Origin: a virus
Length of the DNA: 64,000 nt
IMG/VR virus record: IMGVR_UViG_3300017990_000016
Reading direction: 5' to 3' (one strand)
Made by a program: the position numbers and the translations under genes. The notes under the pieces are model-generated. The model searched no databases, was not told the origin of the DNA, and was given only the letters and a program-made list of their open reading frames with translations. Below are positions 1 through 9,302 of the stretch, piece after piece. Position 1 is the first letter of the stretch. Every line of letters starts with the position of its first letter.

Positions 1-432
1 ATTTCTGCTTTGAATTTTACTATTATGATTAATGATGAATCAACAGGAGCTGAATTCATATACTTTACACCTGATACTAAAGATATAAGGCAGTTGGAAA
101 TAAGTGTGCCAAAAGCAACAGGATTAGCTGGTGGAAGTAAATTCGTAAGATATTATTTGCAGGTAGATAATGAGGTACCATATGGAGAATATACTGGAGA
201 GATATATGTCACAGCTTTAGGAAAGACACAAATATATACAGTTAATATAGAAGTAGGAAGTTCGGCTTTTATAGAATTCTTTTCAACAACATTATTTAAT
301 ATTGGTAATGTTGATGTTAGTTATGGAGTTGCTTTGATAATTGTAGTTGCTATGGGATTTTCAATATTCTTCTTAGCTAGATACTGGGGACAACTAAGAA
401 AAGCTAAATGGCTAAAGGGTCTTCGCTCATAG
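1..432 (+). CDS. 3' portion of a larger surface/secreted protein gene (open to window edge), C-terminal TM anchor with basic tail
   Basis: No in-frame stop upstream of position 10. C-terminus VALIIVVAMGFSIFFLARYWGQLRKAKWLKGLRS is a hydrophobic helix plus K/R tail, as in other surface proteins here. Confidence 0.5.
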   Translation: MSALNFTIMINDESTGAEFIYFTPDTKDIRQLEISVPKATGLAGGSKFVRYYLQVDNEVPYGEYTGEIYVTALGKTQIYTVNIEVGSSAFIEFFSTTLFNIGNVDVSYGVALIIVVAMGFSIFFLARYWGQLRKAKWLKGLRS

Positions 433-676
433 GATTACAAAGATTTATATGTATTTCTCGCTTTGAATCATACCTAAGTTCGGTACAAATGCTAGAAATT
501 TTATCTATCTTAATATTGAATTTCCTAGCAATATCAGACTTAGAATATGCTAATATATGTATCATTTTATCATCAAATCTGAGCAAATATTGACGTCTCT
601 GACGATACTTCTGGCTAGAGTGTTTAGGTATAGGTTTATAGTTCCTTTTATCAATTTTCAGTCTTCTGGTTGCCAT
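404..676 (-). CDS. hypothetical small basic protein (possible DNA-binding)
   Basis: 90-aa ORF, K/R-rich. Convergent with the upstream gene. No recognisable motif. Confidence 0.35.
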   Translation of the reverse strand: MATRRLKIDKRNYKPIPKHSSQKYRQRRQYLLRFDDKMIHILAYSKSDIARKFNIKIDKISSICTELRYDSKREIHINLCNPMSEDPLAI

Positions 677-742
677 ATCAATACTTCCAAGAACAGCAAG
701 TTTATAAATATTTATGGTTTTATTAATAAATAGTTACATATT

Positions 743-816
743 TTGCGGGATTGGGGGTGGATAGGAGAAACAAAGACAATGACATCGATGTTCTCTCGTG
801 GCCCCAATCTTTCCGC
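743..816. ncRNA. candidate structured RNA / long imperfect hairpin in a GC-rich island
   Basis: gattgggg (747-754) pairs perfectly with ccccaatc (801-808). The stem extends outward (gcgg/ccgc) with a 3-nt bulge. GC-rich in an AT-rich noncoding gap of about 360 bp. The cloverleaf test for tRNA failed. Confidence 0.2.
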
Positions 817-1034
817 GAATATGCAGTCTTTTCAGACAAATATGCCCAGATATTAGGGAATTGGGTTGTAATCACTCATTTCCATTGATGTAAGTCCATT
901 CATCATCTTCTATTCACGGACATTTTGTGCGCCATTTAGAAGCAGTTAAATCGCGCGGGGCGACTAGCTATCTTCAATTGACGTTTCACAAGTCAGTGTT
1001 TTCTTTGATGAGCTTACAAATTTCATGTTCTTCT

Positions 1035-1256
1035 TCACTTAGTTGTTCTTTGTTCAAGACCTTCTTGATTATCATCTTCAACTTTTTCCTTGATACTTTC
1101 TTTGGATTCATTTTCAACTTGTCTCATTGATTTAGATTTATCTTTACGACAATCTTCACAAGCCCAAACAATCTTCTCTTGAGTTCTTAAAGGTCGCAAT
1201 GTTTCACTCTCTTTTTTACATATATCACATTTATGGTTTCTTTGCATTGTCACCAT
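1035..1256 (-). CDS. small Zn-ribbon protein
   Basis: CDIC...CEDC: two CxxC pairs in 73 aa. Confidence 0.5.
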   Translation of the reverse strand: MVTMQRNHKCDICKKESETLRPLRTQEKIVWACEDCRKDKSKSMRQVENESKESIKEKVEDDNQEGLEQRTTK

Positions 1257-1394
1257 CTTGTATTATTTCTACTTCTTTCCCATAATCTAAATTGGGTCTT
1301 TTCTTTACTCTTAATGTTATTGTATAAAATATGTCACAAGCTAAATCGTCAATCACTTCTTGTATACTTAATATATCAGCTTTCAATTTTGTCA

Positions 1395-1988
1395 TTATCT
1401 CACCATAAGTACATCTTCATCTCCAACTACTAATTTATAGCAACCTCTGTGACTCTCTAATTTAGGGTCTTTTTTATCTAGTTCTTTATCTATCTTTTTT
1501 AGTCTATCTGTTTCATTAATATTTATGTCTCTCTTCAATTGCTCTTGTATCATTTCTTCTCGTTGCTTCTCAGTCAGTTTGGAGTTAATTTTTTTGGCTA
1601 TTGATTTGATTAGTTTGATTCTATCTTTGTCGTCTACCTTCTTTAATTTAATAGTAATTTCTCCATTCTTTTGTTTCTTTTCTATTACCTTAAATAAGTC
1701 TTGTTCTCTATCAATGTTGTCAATGAAATCTGCAATTTCGTCATCTCTTTTTTCTCTCTGTTTTCTAATTACATTTAAGAAATCTCTTTTACTTGATTTT
1801 GGATTAGCATATAATTTATCAATCTTTTTTGCTAGTTCTCTTAAATGTTTAATCTCATAATGAACTGCTTCTACTGCTTCATTCTCAATATCAATATTTC
1901 TTAGAACTTTACCTTTTTTGAATCCTTTTAGAATAAAATCTTCAAGACCCAGTTCTATTTCTTCATACTCTTCTATTTCTTCTGGCAT
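1395..1988 (-). CDS. K/E-rich coiled-coil protein, unknown function
   Basis: 197-aa ORF, highly charged with heptad-like composition. Confidence 0.5.
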   Translation of the reverse strand: MPEEIEEYEEIELGLEDFILKGFKKGKVLRNIDIENEAVEAVHYEIKHLRELAKKIDKLYANPKSSKRDFLNVIRKQREKRDDEIADFIDNIDREQDLFKVIEKKQKNGEITIKLKKVDDKDRIKLIKSIAKKINSKLTEKQREEMIQEQLKRDININETDRLKKIDKELDKKDPKLESHRGCYKLVVGDEDVLMVR

Positions 1989-2160
1989 CTTTTACCTCCT
2001 CCAAATCAACAAGCTTTATCTTATCATTAGCTAGATGATAAACTTGTTTATATATTTTATCTGCATGATTTTTTATTACATGCACTCTCATTGTTGCTTT
2101 TAACCTACATGTAAAATCACAGAATTTACATTCATAATGCCAAGCTGTTGAATTGCTCAT
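1963..2160 (-). CDS. C2H2 zinc-finger protein
   Basis: YECKFCDFTCRLKATMRVHVIKNH matches C-x2-C-x12-H-x4-H with conserved F/L hydrophobics. Confidence 0.55.
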   Translation of the reverse strand: MSNSTAWHYECKFCDFTCRLKATMRVHVIKNHADKIYKQVYHLANDKIKLVDLEEVKDARRNRRV

Positions 2161-2501
2161 TCTCCTTTACCCAACAATTTTTTGTATACTCTAAGTCTTC
2201 TGCCAGCCCACCATTCATATATTTTTCCTTGTTTTTGTTTTTCTACCATTATAATATATATGTGTTCTGGTTTAAAATTTCTGAATGATTCTTCACTATC
2301 ACATAATTCACTATCAAAATCTGCTTCTGTCAGTGTTAGCTCTCTTAATATGTTCTCTATGATTTTTCTAGTTATTACTCTATTTATTGCCTCTTGTTCT
2401 TTAGTTAATTTCTTTGGCTTAACTTCTATTTCTTCGCAAGCTTCTAAATACCATTTATGAAGCTTTTTTGACATTCGTTCTATTTCTATAGTGCCAAACA
2501 T
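2157..2501 (-). CDS. hypothetical protein
   Basis: 114-aa ORF whose start overlaps the upstream stop. Confidence 0.45.
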   Translation of the reverse strand: MFGTIEIERMSKKLHKWYLEACEEIEVKPKKLTKEQEAINRVITRKIIENILRELTLTEADFDSELCDSEESFRNFKPEHIYIIMVEKQKQGKIYEWWAGRRLRVYKKLLGKGE

Positions 2502-2502
2502 T

Positions 2503-3411
2503 TTAACTCACTGTTTTAATACAAACACCGTCGTCAGTACAACCATAATCTTTGTACTCACCATATCCGTCTCTCTTAGCTTTTGTCAATGCAACAACCA
2601 TATCTAAATCTTCAACTTTAGTATCAGTTTTCTCCATCAATATTCCAACAACAGTTTCTAGTCTATCTAGTCTTTCTAGAACTTTATCATATTCACTTCT
2701 TAATACAAACATAGATGTTAGATAATCAATGAATGTATCAAAAGCATTGAATATTGAACTATGCCCTACTAATTTATAACTTAATCCTGATGTAGATAAA
2801 CCACCACCACCAACAATATCTTTGCTCCAAGATTCTTCTTTGCTACTAATATATTGGTTTATTGATGTTATATTGTCATCATTGTCAGCTATTTCATCTT
2901 CATGCGAATCTAACCTTGAATTTTGAACTTGGTTATCTACCCAATTATTTATTATTGCTTGAGAGTTGTCAGATATTATATCTTGATGTGTATCTAAATC
3001 ATCATTAATATCATCAATATCATCTTCAATATCATTTATAGAATCTTCGTTATCATTAATTTGGTCTTGTAAATCATCTGTTACATCTTCCAAGTCGTCA
3101 ATATCATGAAAATTGTGATTAATTATTACATTCTGTCTTAGGTTCTCTTGGTAGTTGTCATAAATTTCATCTTCGTTATGTTCGATGTCATCTTGCATTT
3201 CATCAACTGTGTCTTGTAAATCATCAAACTCATCTTCTATATCTTCCTTTGTCATACCATCTAATGTGTCGGCGTCAATTTCTGCTGGACCGTCATAATC
3301 ATGACTTCCATCTTCAAATTCTGGGCTACTAACATTAAGATGCCCTGCAGAAACTAAGGTGACTGCCAACAATATATATATTGCATATATAAAAAATCTT
3401 TCAATTTTCAT
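2503..3411 (-). CDS. secreted acidic low-complexity protein (D/E/N-rich repeats)
   Basis: N-terminal signal peptide MKIERFFIYAIYILLAVTLVSAG. Long runs of D-x-x-D-D-L-Q-D-like acidic repeats. Confidence 0.55.
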   Translation of the reverse strand: MKIERFFIYAIYILLAVTLVSAGHLNVSSPEFEDGSHDYDGPAEIDADTLDGMTKEDIEDEFDDLQDTVDEMQDDIEHNEDEIYDNYQENLRQNVIINHNFHDIDDLEDVTDDLQDQINDNEDSINDIEDDIDDINDDLDTHQDIISDNSQAIINNWVDNQVQNSRLDSHEDEIADNDDNITSINQYISSKEESWSKDIVGGGGLSTSGLSYKLVGHSSIFNAFDTFIDYLTSMFVLRSEYDKVLERLDRLETVVGILMEKTDTKVEDLDMVVALTKAKRDGYGEYKDYGCTDDGVCIKTVS

Positions 3412-3781
3412 TTGTATTCACCTCAACTTCTATTGTTCCATCTTCTTTATATTCTTTTGAGACAGAAGCATAACTTCCGTCATCTTGCCGCATAAACGTA
3501 GCAATCATTATTGGTTTTTTTGTTCTTAATACAATTTCTTTTATTTTACTCTCGCAATTTTGTATTCCTTTTTTTGCATATTCTATTGCTTTATCATAAA
3601 ATTCATCATGCTTGTCTTGAAATACACGAAGCATATGAGTATGTAATGCTAATCCAGTTTGAGCTTTTATTACATCTCTACAATCCTGACAAACATCCCA
3701 CATTTCTAAATCATCCATATTAGGATTAAGAATTTTTGTTGTAGCTTCTGCTTCTCCACAATAAACGCATTTAATTGACAT
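3401..3781 (-). CDS. Zn-ribbon domain protein
   Basis: N-terminal CVYCG...CQDCRD motif. Confidence 0.5.
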   Translation of the reverse strand: MSIKCVYCGEAEATTKILNPNMDDLEMWDVCQDCRDVIKAQTGLALHTHMLRVFQDKHDEFYDKAIEYAKKGIQNCESKIKEIVLRTKKPIMIATFMRQDDGSYASVSKEYKEDGTIEVEVNTNEN

Positions 3782-3971
3782 TTAACACTCCTGAACGAGA
3801 TACAAGTATTAGCGCAAGCGCAATCAAAAACAACAATGCTATTGCAGCAATAACTAACATATTCATTGAAACTCCGCATTCTTCATATTCTTGTCCTTCT
3901 TCTTCGTCAATTTTTTCTCCCATTTTAACCAAAAACCTCGTAAAGTTTTCTTTCCATTTAGCTCTAACCAT
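3771..3971 (-). CDS. small membrane protein
   Basis: 66 aa with one hydrophobic helix (VIAAIALLFLIALALILV). Confidence 0.35.
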   Translation of the reverse strand: MVRAKWKENFTRFLVKMGEKIDEEEGQEYEECGVSMNMLVIAAIALLFLIALALILVSRSGVLNVN

Positions 3972-4215
3972 TTAATTTAGAGGTGGCAAATGCAAGTTTA
4001 GCTAAACTAATTCCTATAACAAATCCACCAAGCCCTCTTGAAGTATCATACATTAGCATTGCAATTCCTATGAAAAATACAAAAAGCCATACTGCAATCT
4101 CAATAATGCTATGTTGCCTTTTTCTTTGGCCTTCCTGGTTTTCTATTGGAGAAGTTCCCTCTTCCAACTGATTTACTCGGCTTATTTTTTGTCTTAGTCT
4201 CTTTGGCATTTTCAA
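3964..4215 (-). CDS. small membrane protein (start uncertain; overlaps neighbour)
   Basis: Two hydrophobic segments. Overlaps 4109..4522 on the same strand by about 100 nt, so one start is probably downstream. Confidence 0.3.
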   Translation of the reverse strand: MKMPKRLRQKISRVNQLEEGTSPIENQEGQRKRQHSIIEIAVWLFVFFIGIAMLMYDTSRGLGGFVIGISLAKLAFATSKLNG

Positions 4216-4522
4216 TCAATGTTTCAACTTGTTCTTTTAACTGTTGATTCTCTTGTTTTAGTTCTTCTATTTTTGTTCTTTCCCTTCTTATTTTTTCATC
4301 GTAATAATCAACAACATCAGTCAATCTACTTGAAAGCTCAAATATTTGATGAGACAATTGTTTTATTACCATATCTTCTTTATTTCTTTCAATTCCAAAT
4401 ATTCCACCTAACATTTTATCACCCATATAATTCATAGCAGCTAAAGTTGTTCCTGTTACAGCAGCTGAGATTGCTAAATCTCCTACTAATCTATTTATTA
4501 TTTCAGGATTTTTTCTTACCAT
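4109..4522 (-). CDS. coiled-coil protein with AT-hook-like C-terminus (GRPKKK)
   Basis: 137 aa with a central coiled coil. C-terminal RKPGRPKKK. Confidence 0.45.
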   Translation of the reverse strand: MVRKNPEIINRLVGDLAISAAVTGTTLAAMNYMGDKMLGGIFGIERNKEDMVIKQLSHQIFELSSRLTDVVDYYDEKIRRERTKIEELKQENQQLKEQVETLIENAKETKTKNKPSKSVGRGNFSNRKPGRPKKKAT

Positions 4523-4745
4523 CGTAAATATCTCCTATTTCTTCATATCCTTCTTTCTCTTTATCAATATGCCTCTTGTCTATTTTAGCACCTATAACTG
4601 AAAAATCAATTCCAAACCAATATTTAAGTGCTATTAAAACAAGATATATCATTACTGCAAGAAGAAAAATAAAAAGTAAAAATCTAAGAAACACTTTCAC
4701 CGCCTCCTGTAGGATTTTCATAATACATAGAACTTCTAGCAGCAT
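4503..4745 (-). CDS. small membrane protein
   Basis: 80 aa with one TM (FLLAVMIYLVLIALKYWF). Confidence 0.35.
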   Translation of the reverse strand: MLLEVLCIMKILQEAVKVFLRFLLFIFLLAVMIYLVLIALKYWFGIDFSVIGAKIDKRHIDKEKEGYEEIGDIYDGKKKS

Positions 4746-5565
4746 CTCCTTTTGCTAATTGTAAAAACAATCCAGAACTACCTTCTTGAATAATTAATTG
4801 GTCTGGTAATCTTCCATCCCATTTAGCTATCATTTGTTGCTGTACTAAAAGTTCAGATATTTCTTGTCTTTGCAATCTAAGTTTCTCAGCTTCTGCTTTA
4901 TATTTTTCAATTTCTTGTTGCTGTTCGAACTTAACCATTTCCAATTCATTCTTAGCTTTTTCAGCTAATTGAATTGCAGTTTGTTTTTCCTCTAATGCTC
5001 GTTTGAAATCATCTCCAAAATCGATATTACTAATTACAATATCTACGATTTGGAAGTATTCAGAAGGAAAATTGTTCTTTATATTTTCTTTAGCTAATTC
5101 CTTAACTTCCCCTCTCTTCTCTAAAATTTCTAATGCAGAATATTTAACTGTAGCTTGTTTAAAACCTTCTGCAATTAATGGATGTATATTTAATCTATCT
5201 GCAACAACATTATCTTTGCCAACATTTGTCCATAATGATTTGACTGCATCTTCAGTAGCTTTCAGTCTATAATTAACATCAATTTGTGCATATATAGATT
5301 GACCTTTTTTATCTGCAGCTGAATAATCTTCAGTTAAATCTATCGTTGCTTTTCTTATTCTCAAATCATATTGATGCACATGTACTAAAGGTCCAGTCCA
5401 TTGAATACCTGCATGTTGAACACCTACTACATTACCTAATTTTACTTGTACACCAAGATGATTAGCTTCGACTTTATCTATGCTGGAAAATAGAAATATT
5501 GCTATAATTATAATTACAGCAAGAGCTCCAATACCAGCAATTTCTCCTCGTCCTTTCTTATTCAT
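4684..5565 (-). CDS. SPFH/Band-7 (prohibitin/stomatin-like) membrane protein
   Basis: N-terminal TM, then HLGVQVKLGNVVGVQHAGIQWTGPLVHVHQYDLRIRKATIDL matching the SPFH core, then a long coiled coil. Confidence 0.7.
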   Translation of the reverse strand: MNKKGRGEIAGIGALAVIIIIAIFLFSSIDKVEANHLGVQVKLGNVVGVQHAGIQWTGPLVHVHQYDLRIRKATIDLTEDYSAADKKGQSIYAQIDVNYRLKATEDAVKSLWTNVGKDNVVADRLNIHPLIAEGFKQATVKYSALEILEKRGEVKELAKENIKNNFPSEYFQIVDIVISNIDFGDDFKRALEEKQTAIQLAEKAKNELEMVKFEQQQEIEKYKAEAEKLRLQRQEISELLVQQQMIAKWDGRLPDQLIIQEGSSGLFLQLAKGDAARSSMYYENPTGGGESVS

Positions 5566-5578
5566 CTTTGTACCCCCG

Positions 5579-5758
5579 TTATAATTTGAATATCAAAACA
5601 AATAGCAATACTATAATAATGATTTTTAATGCTGTGTCTATTATTAGATAGAATTTAATATTTTCGTACGTAGCTTGCAATCCATCAAACGCATCTCCTA
5701 TTTTGTCAATAAGAAATTCTGTTACACCTTCGACTTTCTCCTTAATGAAATCTAGCAT
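5579..5758 (-). CDS. unlisted small membrane protein (59 aa)
   Basis: Minus-strand ATG at 5756-5758 and stop at 5579-5581. C-terminal hydrophobic helix. Fills the gap between flanking minus-strand genes. Confidence 0.3.
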   Translation of the reverse strand: MLDFIKEKVEGVTEFLIDKIGDAFDGLQATYENIKFYLIIDTALKIIIIVLLFVLIFKL

Positions 5759-5760
5759 TA

Positions 5761-5988
5761 TTATTCCTTTTTCTTTTTTCTACCAAAAAGAAATCCTGCA
5801 ATTCCACCAGCTAAAGCTCCAACTCCGGCTGCAATACCTGCAACTTTCCAAGGATTCTTCTTAACATAGTCATCAGTTTTCTTAGCTACTGATTTTACTT
5901 TAGATTTAGCATTGTCTACAGTTTCTTTCACTCTTTCCGAGAATTTACGATTTTCTTTTTCTACCATTATGTTTACCTCCTTACTCAT
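5761..5988 (-). CDS. ElaB/YqjD (DUF883)-like tail-anchored membrane protein
   Basis: Helical N-terminus, then KKNPWKVAGIAAGVGALAGGIAGFLFGRKKKK typical of the family. Confidence 0.5.
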   Translation of the reverse strand: MSKEVNIMVEKENRKFSERVKETVDNAKSKVKSVAKKTDDYVKKNPWKVAGIAAGVGALAGGIAGFLFGRKKKKE

Positions 5989-6036
5989 ATGAATTTAGAT
6001 ATTTTAATCGTTTATATATTTTATTATTGTATAGTT

Positions 6037-6789
6037 TTAACTATAGCATATTTTATAATCCAATGAGTTCCCTTCTAATTTGAATTTGTTAGTAACACCG
6101 AAAAAATCTGAAATCTTACCAGACTTTTGTATGAATTCCCTTACGAATTTGACATAACTTGAAACGTCATTTATTCCTACAGATTCAAAATCTCTAAATC
6201 CTAAAGATTTTCTATCTTCAAACATTAATTCTTTTAGCATAGTTCTTAGATTGCTTAAGAAATAATCTTTCACATTATCAAAATGCGGGAATTCTTTTAT
6301 TGGTTTTGTGTTTCTTGCAAGAGCAATTCTTTGTTTGTCTTTGTCTACTGGTACTTTTGCATGTTGTCTAGTCATATAATGTATATCATGCTTCTTCTCT
6401 TTCAACTTAATTAATATTACTTTGTTTCCGTGAAGAACAACATCTATTTCCTTTTGCTTCCGTAAGAATATAAGCATGTCTTCTTTCACTCTCCCTGAAG
6501 GAGCATAGCCCATAGTTTCCATTCCTAATTTAGAAATAGACAAAGACTTTCTAACTAGCAATGTTTTTAATGCTTCTTTATACCATTTTCTAAATCTTTT
6601 GGTGTCCCATTCTACTGGATGACTTTTCTTGCCAGCTACAGATTTCTTCTTTGAAGAAAGTGTAGGGTGAGAATATTCACCAGTCTTAACGTCAAAGTTC
6701 AAATTAGCAAAAGGTAGAAATATATTACCTTCAACCTCAATTCCATCACTATAATGTGACAGTTCTTTTTTTAGTTCAGATACTTTCAC
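6037..6789 (-). CDS. hypothetical protein (GTG start preceded by GGAGGGGG SD)
   Basis: 250-aa ORF with an SD 5 nt upstream of GTG. No recognised domain. Confidence 0.5.
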   Translation of the reverse strand: MKVSELKKELSHYSDGIEVEGNIFLPFANLNFDVKTGEYSHPTLSSKKKSVAGKKSHPVEWDTKRFRKWYKEALKTLLVRKSLSISKLGMETMGYAPSGRVKEDMLIFLRKQKEIDVVLHGNKVILIKLKEKKHDIHYMTRQHAKVPVDKDKQRIALARNTKPIKEFPHFDNVKDYFLSNLRTMLKELMFEDRKSLGFRDFESVGINDVSSYVKFVREFIQKSGKISDFFGVTNKFKLEGNSLDYKICYS

Positions 6790-6815
6790 GAAGTCCCCCT
6801 CCTGATGTATTAATA

Positions 6816-6968
6816 TTATACAACTTCTCTTACTCTTCGTTTAGCACGTTTTGAAGTTCCGTTTCTTTTTCTTTGGTAGATTCTAGCAACTTCACGTCTA
6901 CGCTCTTTTAGAATTAAATCCTGTAATTCCGTTTTGCTAGCCACTACCAGACCACCTAGCTTTATCAT
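6816..6968 (-). CDS. unlisted small basic protein (50 aa) with strong RBS
   Basis: Minus strand ggaggtaagaaaATG...TAA. The product MIKLGGLVVASKTELQDLILKERRREVARIYQRKRNGTSKRAKRRVREVV is highly basic. Confidence 0.4.
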   Translation of the reverse strand: MIKLGGLVVASKTELQDLILKERRREVARIYQRKRNGTSKRAKRRVREVV

Positions 6969-6969
6969 T

Positions 6970-7397
6970 TTCTTACCTCCACCTCTTTAGAATAGGAAAG
7001 TCTTTACTATTTATAAATGTTTTCAATTAAAATTGCCTATTTTAATTGACGCTATGGTAAGTAGTTACTAATTATAAATATTTATAAATATTAATTCACT
7101 AAATCTGAATCACTTGCGTACGTCGTCGTTGACGTATATATATAATTAAAAACCTTGAAATGTTGGAAAGTTGGAGACTATTATATTATATTAGAAAGCT
7201 TTAGTACGAGACTATTATATTATATTAAGTATTTATTTATAAAGGAAATCAGCTTCGTTTGAGCCAGAATGCATCATAGCCTACCTTATTTTGCATTCTT
7301 TTTTTATGTATTTATTATTTCTGGTCAATGTTATAGAAAAGTTTATATACTAGAACTTATTAATATTTATATATATTTATATGGAAGGTACTGAAAA
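6970..7397. promoter_or_regulatory. divergent AT-rich intergenic region with inverted and direct repeats (candidate origin / divergent promoters)
   Basis: Strand switch here. Inverted repeat tcaattaaaa/ttttaattga at 7023-7049. Inverted repeat tacgtc/gacgta at 7119-7136 in a GC island. Exact 20-bp direct repeat gagactattatattatatta at 7174-7193 and 7208-7227. TTTATATA-like boxes sit before the 7398 start. Confidence 0.4.
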
Positions 7398-7832
7398 ATG
7401 AAAATCGGAGTATATGGTTCATTAAGGAAGGATTGTTACAATTATACAATTATGGAAGATGATAATGTGAAATATTTAGGAGATGATATAATTAAAGGTT
7501 TTGCATTATATTCATTAGGTAGCTATCCAGCAATAATACCAGATGATTCTACTTCAGTCGTAGTTGAAGTTTATGATGTCCCAGAAGATACATATAGTAT
7601 AATTACTTCTATGGAATTAGGGGCAGGATATGAAATACAAAAAGTTGAGACCAAATATGGTATAGTCGACGTATATGTATTCAAAAATGAATATGGCTAT
7701 ATTAATGAGTCAAAACCTAAAATAGAACACGGCGACTGGGTAAGATATTTAAGAGATAGAGAGAAACAAATAGAAGAAGATAAAAACAGATTTCTAAAAG
7801 AGCAATACGAAAAGCTTAGGAGGAAAAGATGA
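7398..7832 (+). CDS. gamma-glutamyl cyclotransferase-like (AIG2/GGCT fold) protein
   Basis: N-terminal IGVYGSLRKD (the YGSL motif), then ALYSLGSYPAII...VVVEVYDVPEDTYSIITSMELGAGYEIQKV...VDVYVF, matching the GGCT/GGACT pattern. Confidence 0.6.
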   Translation: MKIGVYGSLRKDCYNYTIMEDDNVKYLGDDIIKGFALYSLGSYPAIIPDDSTSVVVEVYDVPEDTYSIITSMELGAGYEIQKVETKYGIVDVYVFKNEYGYINESKPKIEHGDWVRYLRDREKQIEEDKNRFLKEQYEKLRRKR

Positions 7833-7996
7833 GATGTTCAATATGTGGAAAAGAAATTATACCACACCCAATTTCTGGGTGGGACCAAGGCAATAATGCC
7901 GAGCCAGTTAATGATGGAAGATGTTGTGATGAATGCGACCAAACAGTAGTTATTCCAAGGAGAATAAGAGATTATCAACACAGGCAGAAAAAATGA
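7829..7996 (+). CDS. unlisted small Zn-ribbon protein (55 aa)
   Basis: Its ATG overlaps the upstream TGA as ATGA. MRCSICGKE...RCCDECDQ. Its own stop overlaps the next ATG, again as ATGA. Confidence 0.45.
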   Translation: MRCSICGKEIIPHPISGWDQGNNAEPVNDGRCCDECDQTVVIPRRIRDYQHRQKK

Positions 7997-8277
7997 ACTA
8001 CGGATTTGATTGTAGGAACTGGAGCCAAGAAGCTAAAGATTATTTAGCTAAAAAACTAAGTGAAGAATTTGGCTATAAAATTGGATTTGATTTTGATAGG
8101 AGTGCCAAAAAACCTTATATTGAAGTTGATAGATTAATGGAAGGTGTTAGAATAAGAAGATTAACAAATTTGCCTGAAGAAGAATATGATAGAGTTATCA
8201 AAAGAGCAGACGAAATATACCTTGAAATTAAAAACAATCAATTTTTAGCAGACGGACAATATAGAATGAGGATTTAA
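7993..8277 (+). CDS. hypothetical protein (start revised to MNYGFDC)
   Basis: ATG at 7993 sits in an ATGA overlap with the upstream small ORF. The track's longer ORF begins at an alternative codon inside that ORF. Confidence 0.5.
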   Translation: MNYGFDCRNWSQEAKDYLAKKLSEEFGYKIGFDFDRSAKKPYIEVDRLMEGVRIRRLTNLPEEEYDRVIKRADEIYLEIKNNQFLADGQYRMRI

Positions 8278-8278
8278 T

Positions 8279-9169
8279 ATGGCAAATATGGCTAACTATA
8301 TATATTTCACTTTAGGATTTTCTAAATTTAAACAAGATAGACTTACGGGCAAAACTGAATCTAGAGGTAGAGACCCACTACAATTTGAACAAAATATTGA
8401 TAATGTATTACAAAATGTAAAAGTATTTGAAATAAGTGATTCAATAAAGAAGATGCTATTACTGACTAATACTCCAACAGACAATGAAAATCTTCATCTT
8501 CCATTTGAAAATATGTTCATAGATACAGAAATAATTAAGGAAGAATTAGATGAGATATGTCCTAATTCTGGAGTAGATGGAATAAAAGGTATATTATTTC
8601 GTGTAAATGATTTATTTGTAGATGATGATAATACAATAAACAACATAGGTATAGGAGATAAAGTTGTTGGAAAGAATCTGGCAATTACTGCATTATGTCA
8701 AGTCAATGATTTTGAGTATACAGAATTCAATACTTTGGGCTATCCGTTATGGGTTGAAAAAGAATATGAAAATACTCAATATCAAGAAACTACTTTCGTT
8801 AAGAAAAAAGTGAAGAAATTACTATATAACTTTGTTGTGAATTTCTTAAACTTTATCAATAATCCAGAAATCGAATACTTAGAACATAAGAGAGACGAAA
8901 AAACAAATGCAAGAAGAATTAGACAAAGAAAAATTCCACTACCAAATTCAATAGAAGTCAAAGTTACTGGTACATTAAAAATATATTTAGATAGAATAAT
9001 ATCTTATGAGAAGTTCAATTATTCTCATAGGTTCTGGGTAAGAGGACATTTTAGAACACTAAGAGATGAGAGATATAAAGAGAATGTAGGCAAAAGAATT
9101 TGGATATTACCATTCATAAAAGGTTCAGGAATATTAGTTAACAAAGCTTATGAGGTAGGTAAAAATTAA
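8279..9169 (+). CDS. hypothetical protein
   Basis: 296-aa ORF with no recognised motif. Confidence 0.55.
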   Translation: MANMANYIYFTLGFSKFKQDRLTGKTESRGRDPLQFEQNIDNVLQNVKVFEISDSIKKMLLLTNTPTDNENLHLPFENMFIDTEIIKEELDEICPNSGVDGIKGILFRVNDLFVDDDNTINNIGIGDKVVGKNLAITALCQVNDFEYTEFNTLGYPLWVEKEYENTQYQETTFVKKKVKKLLYNFVVNFLNFINNPEIEYLEHKRDEKTNARRIRQRKIPLPNSIEVKVTGTLKIYLDRIISYEKFNYSHRFWVRGHFRTLRDERYKENVGKRIWILPFIKGSGILVNKAYEVGKN

Positions 9170-9173
9170 AACA

Positions 9174-9302
9174 ATGAATGTTTGGCAGCTTCAAAGAAAG
9201 CTTGAGGAACTAGAAAGAGAAATAGAATACTGGAAAAAAGCGCACTTAAAATTACAAGAACAATTTATACGACATGTGGATAAAGGTGGAAAGAATGAAT
9301 GA
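9174..9302 (+). CDS. unlisted small coiled-coil protein (42 aa)
   Basis: ATG 9174 to TGA 9300-9302. The next start overlaps as ATGA. Confidence 0.3.
   Translation: MNVWQLQRKLEELEREIEYWKKAHLKLQEQFIRHVDKGGKNE

Noticed and set aside
408-593. Plus-strand ORF 408..593
   Set aside because: Nested antisense within 404..676. No RBS.
743-816. tRNA gene
   Set aside because: The acceptor-like stem exists, but D-arm and T-arm pairings fail and there is no TTCRA T-loop.
927-1130. Plus-strand ORF 927..1130
   Set aside because: Overlaps the Zn-ribbon gene on the opposite strand. S/L/F-rich product.
7174-7227. CRISPR-like array
   Set aside because: Only two copies of a 20-bp repeat with a 14-bp spacer. 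No further units and no cas genes.
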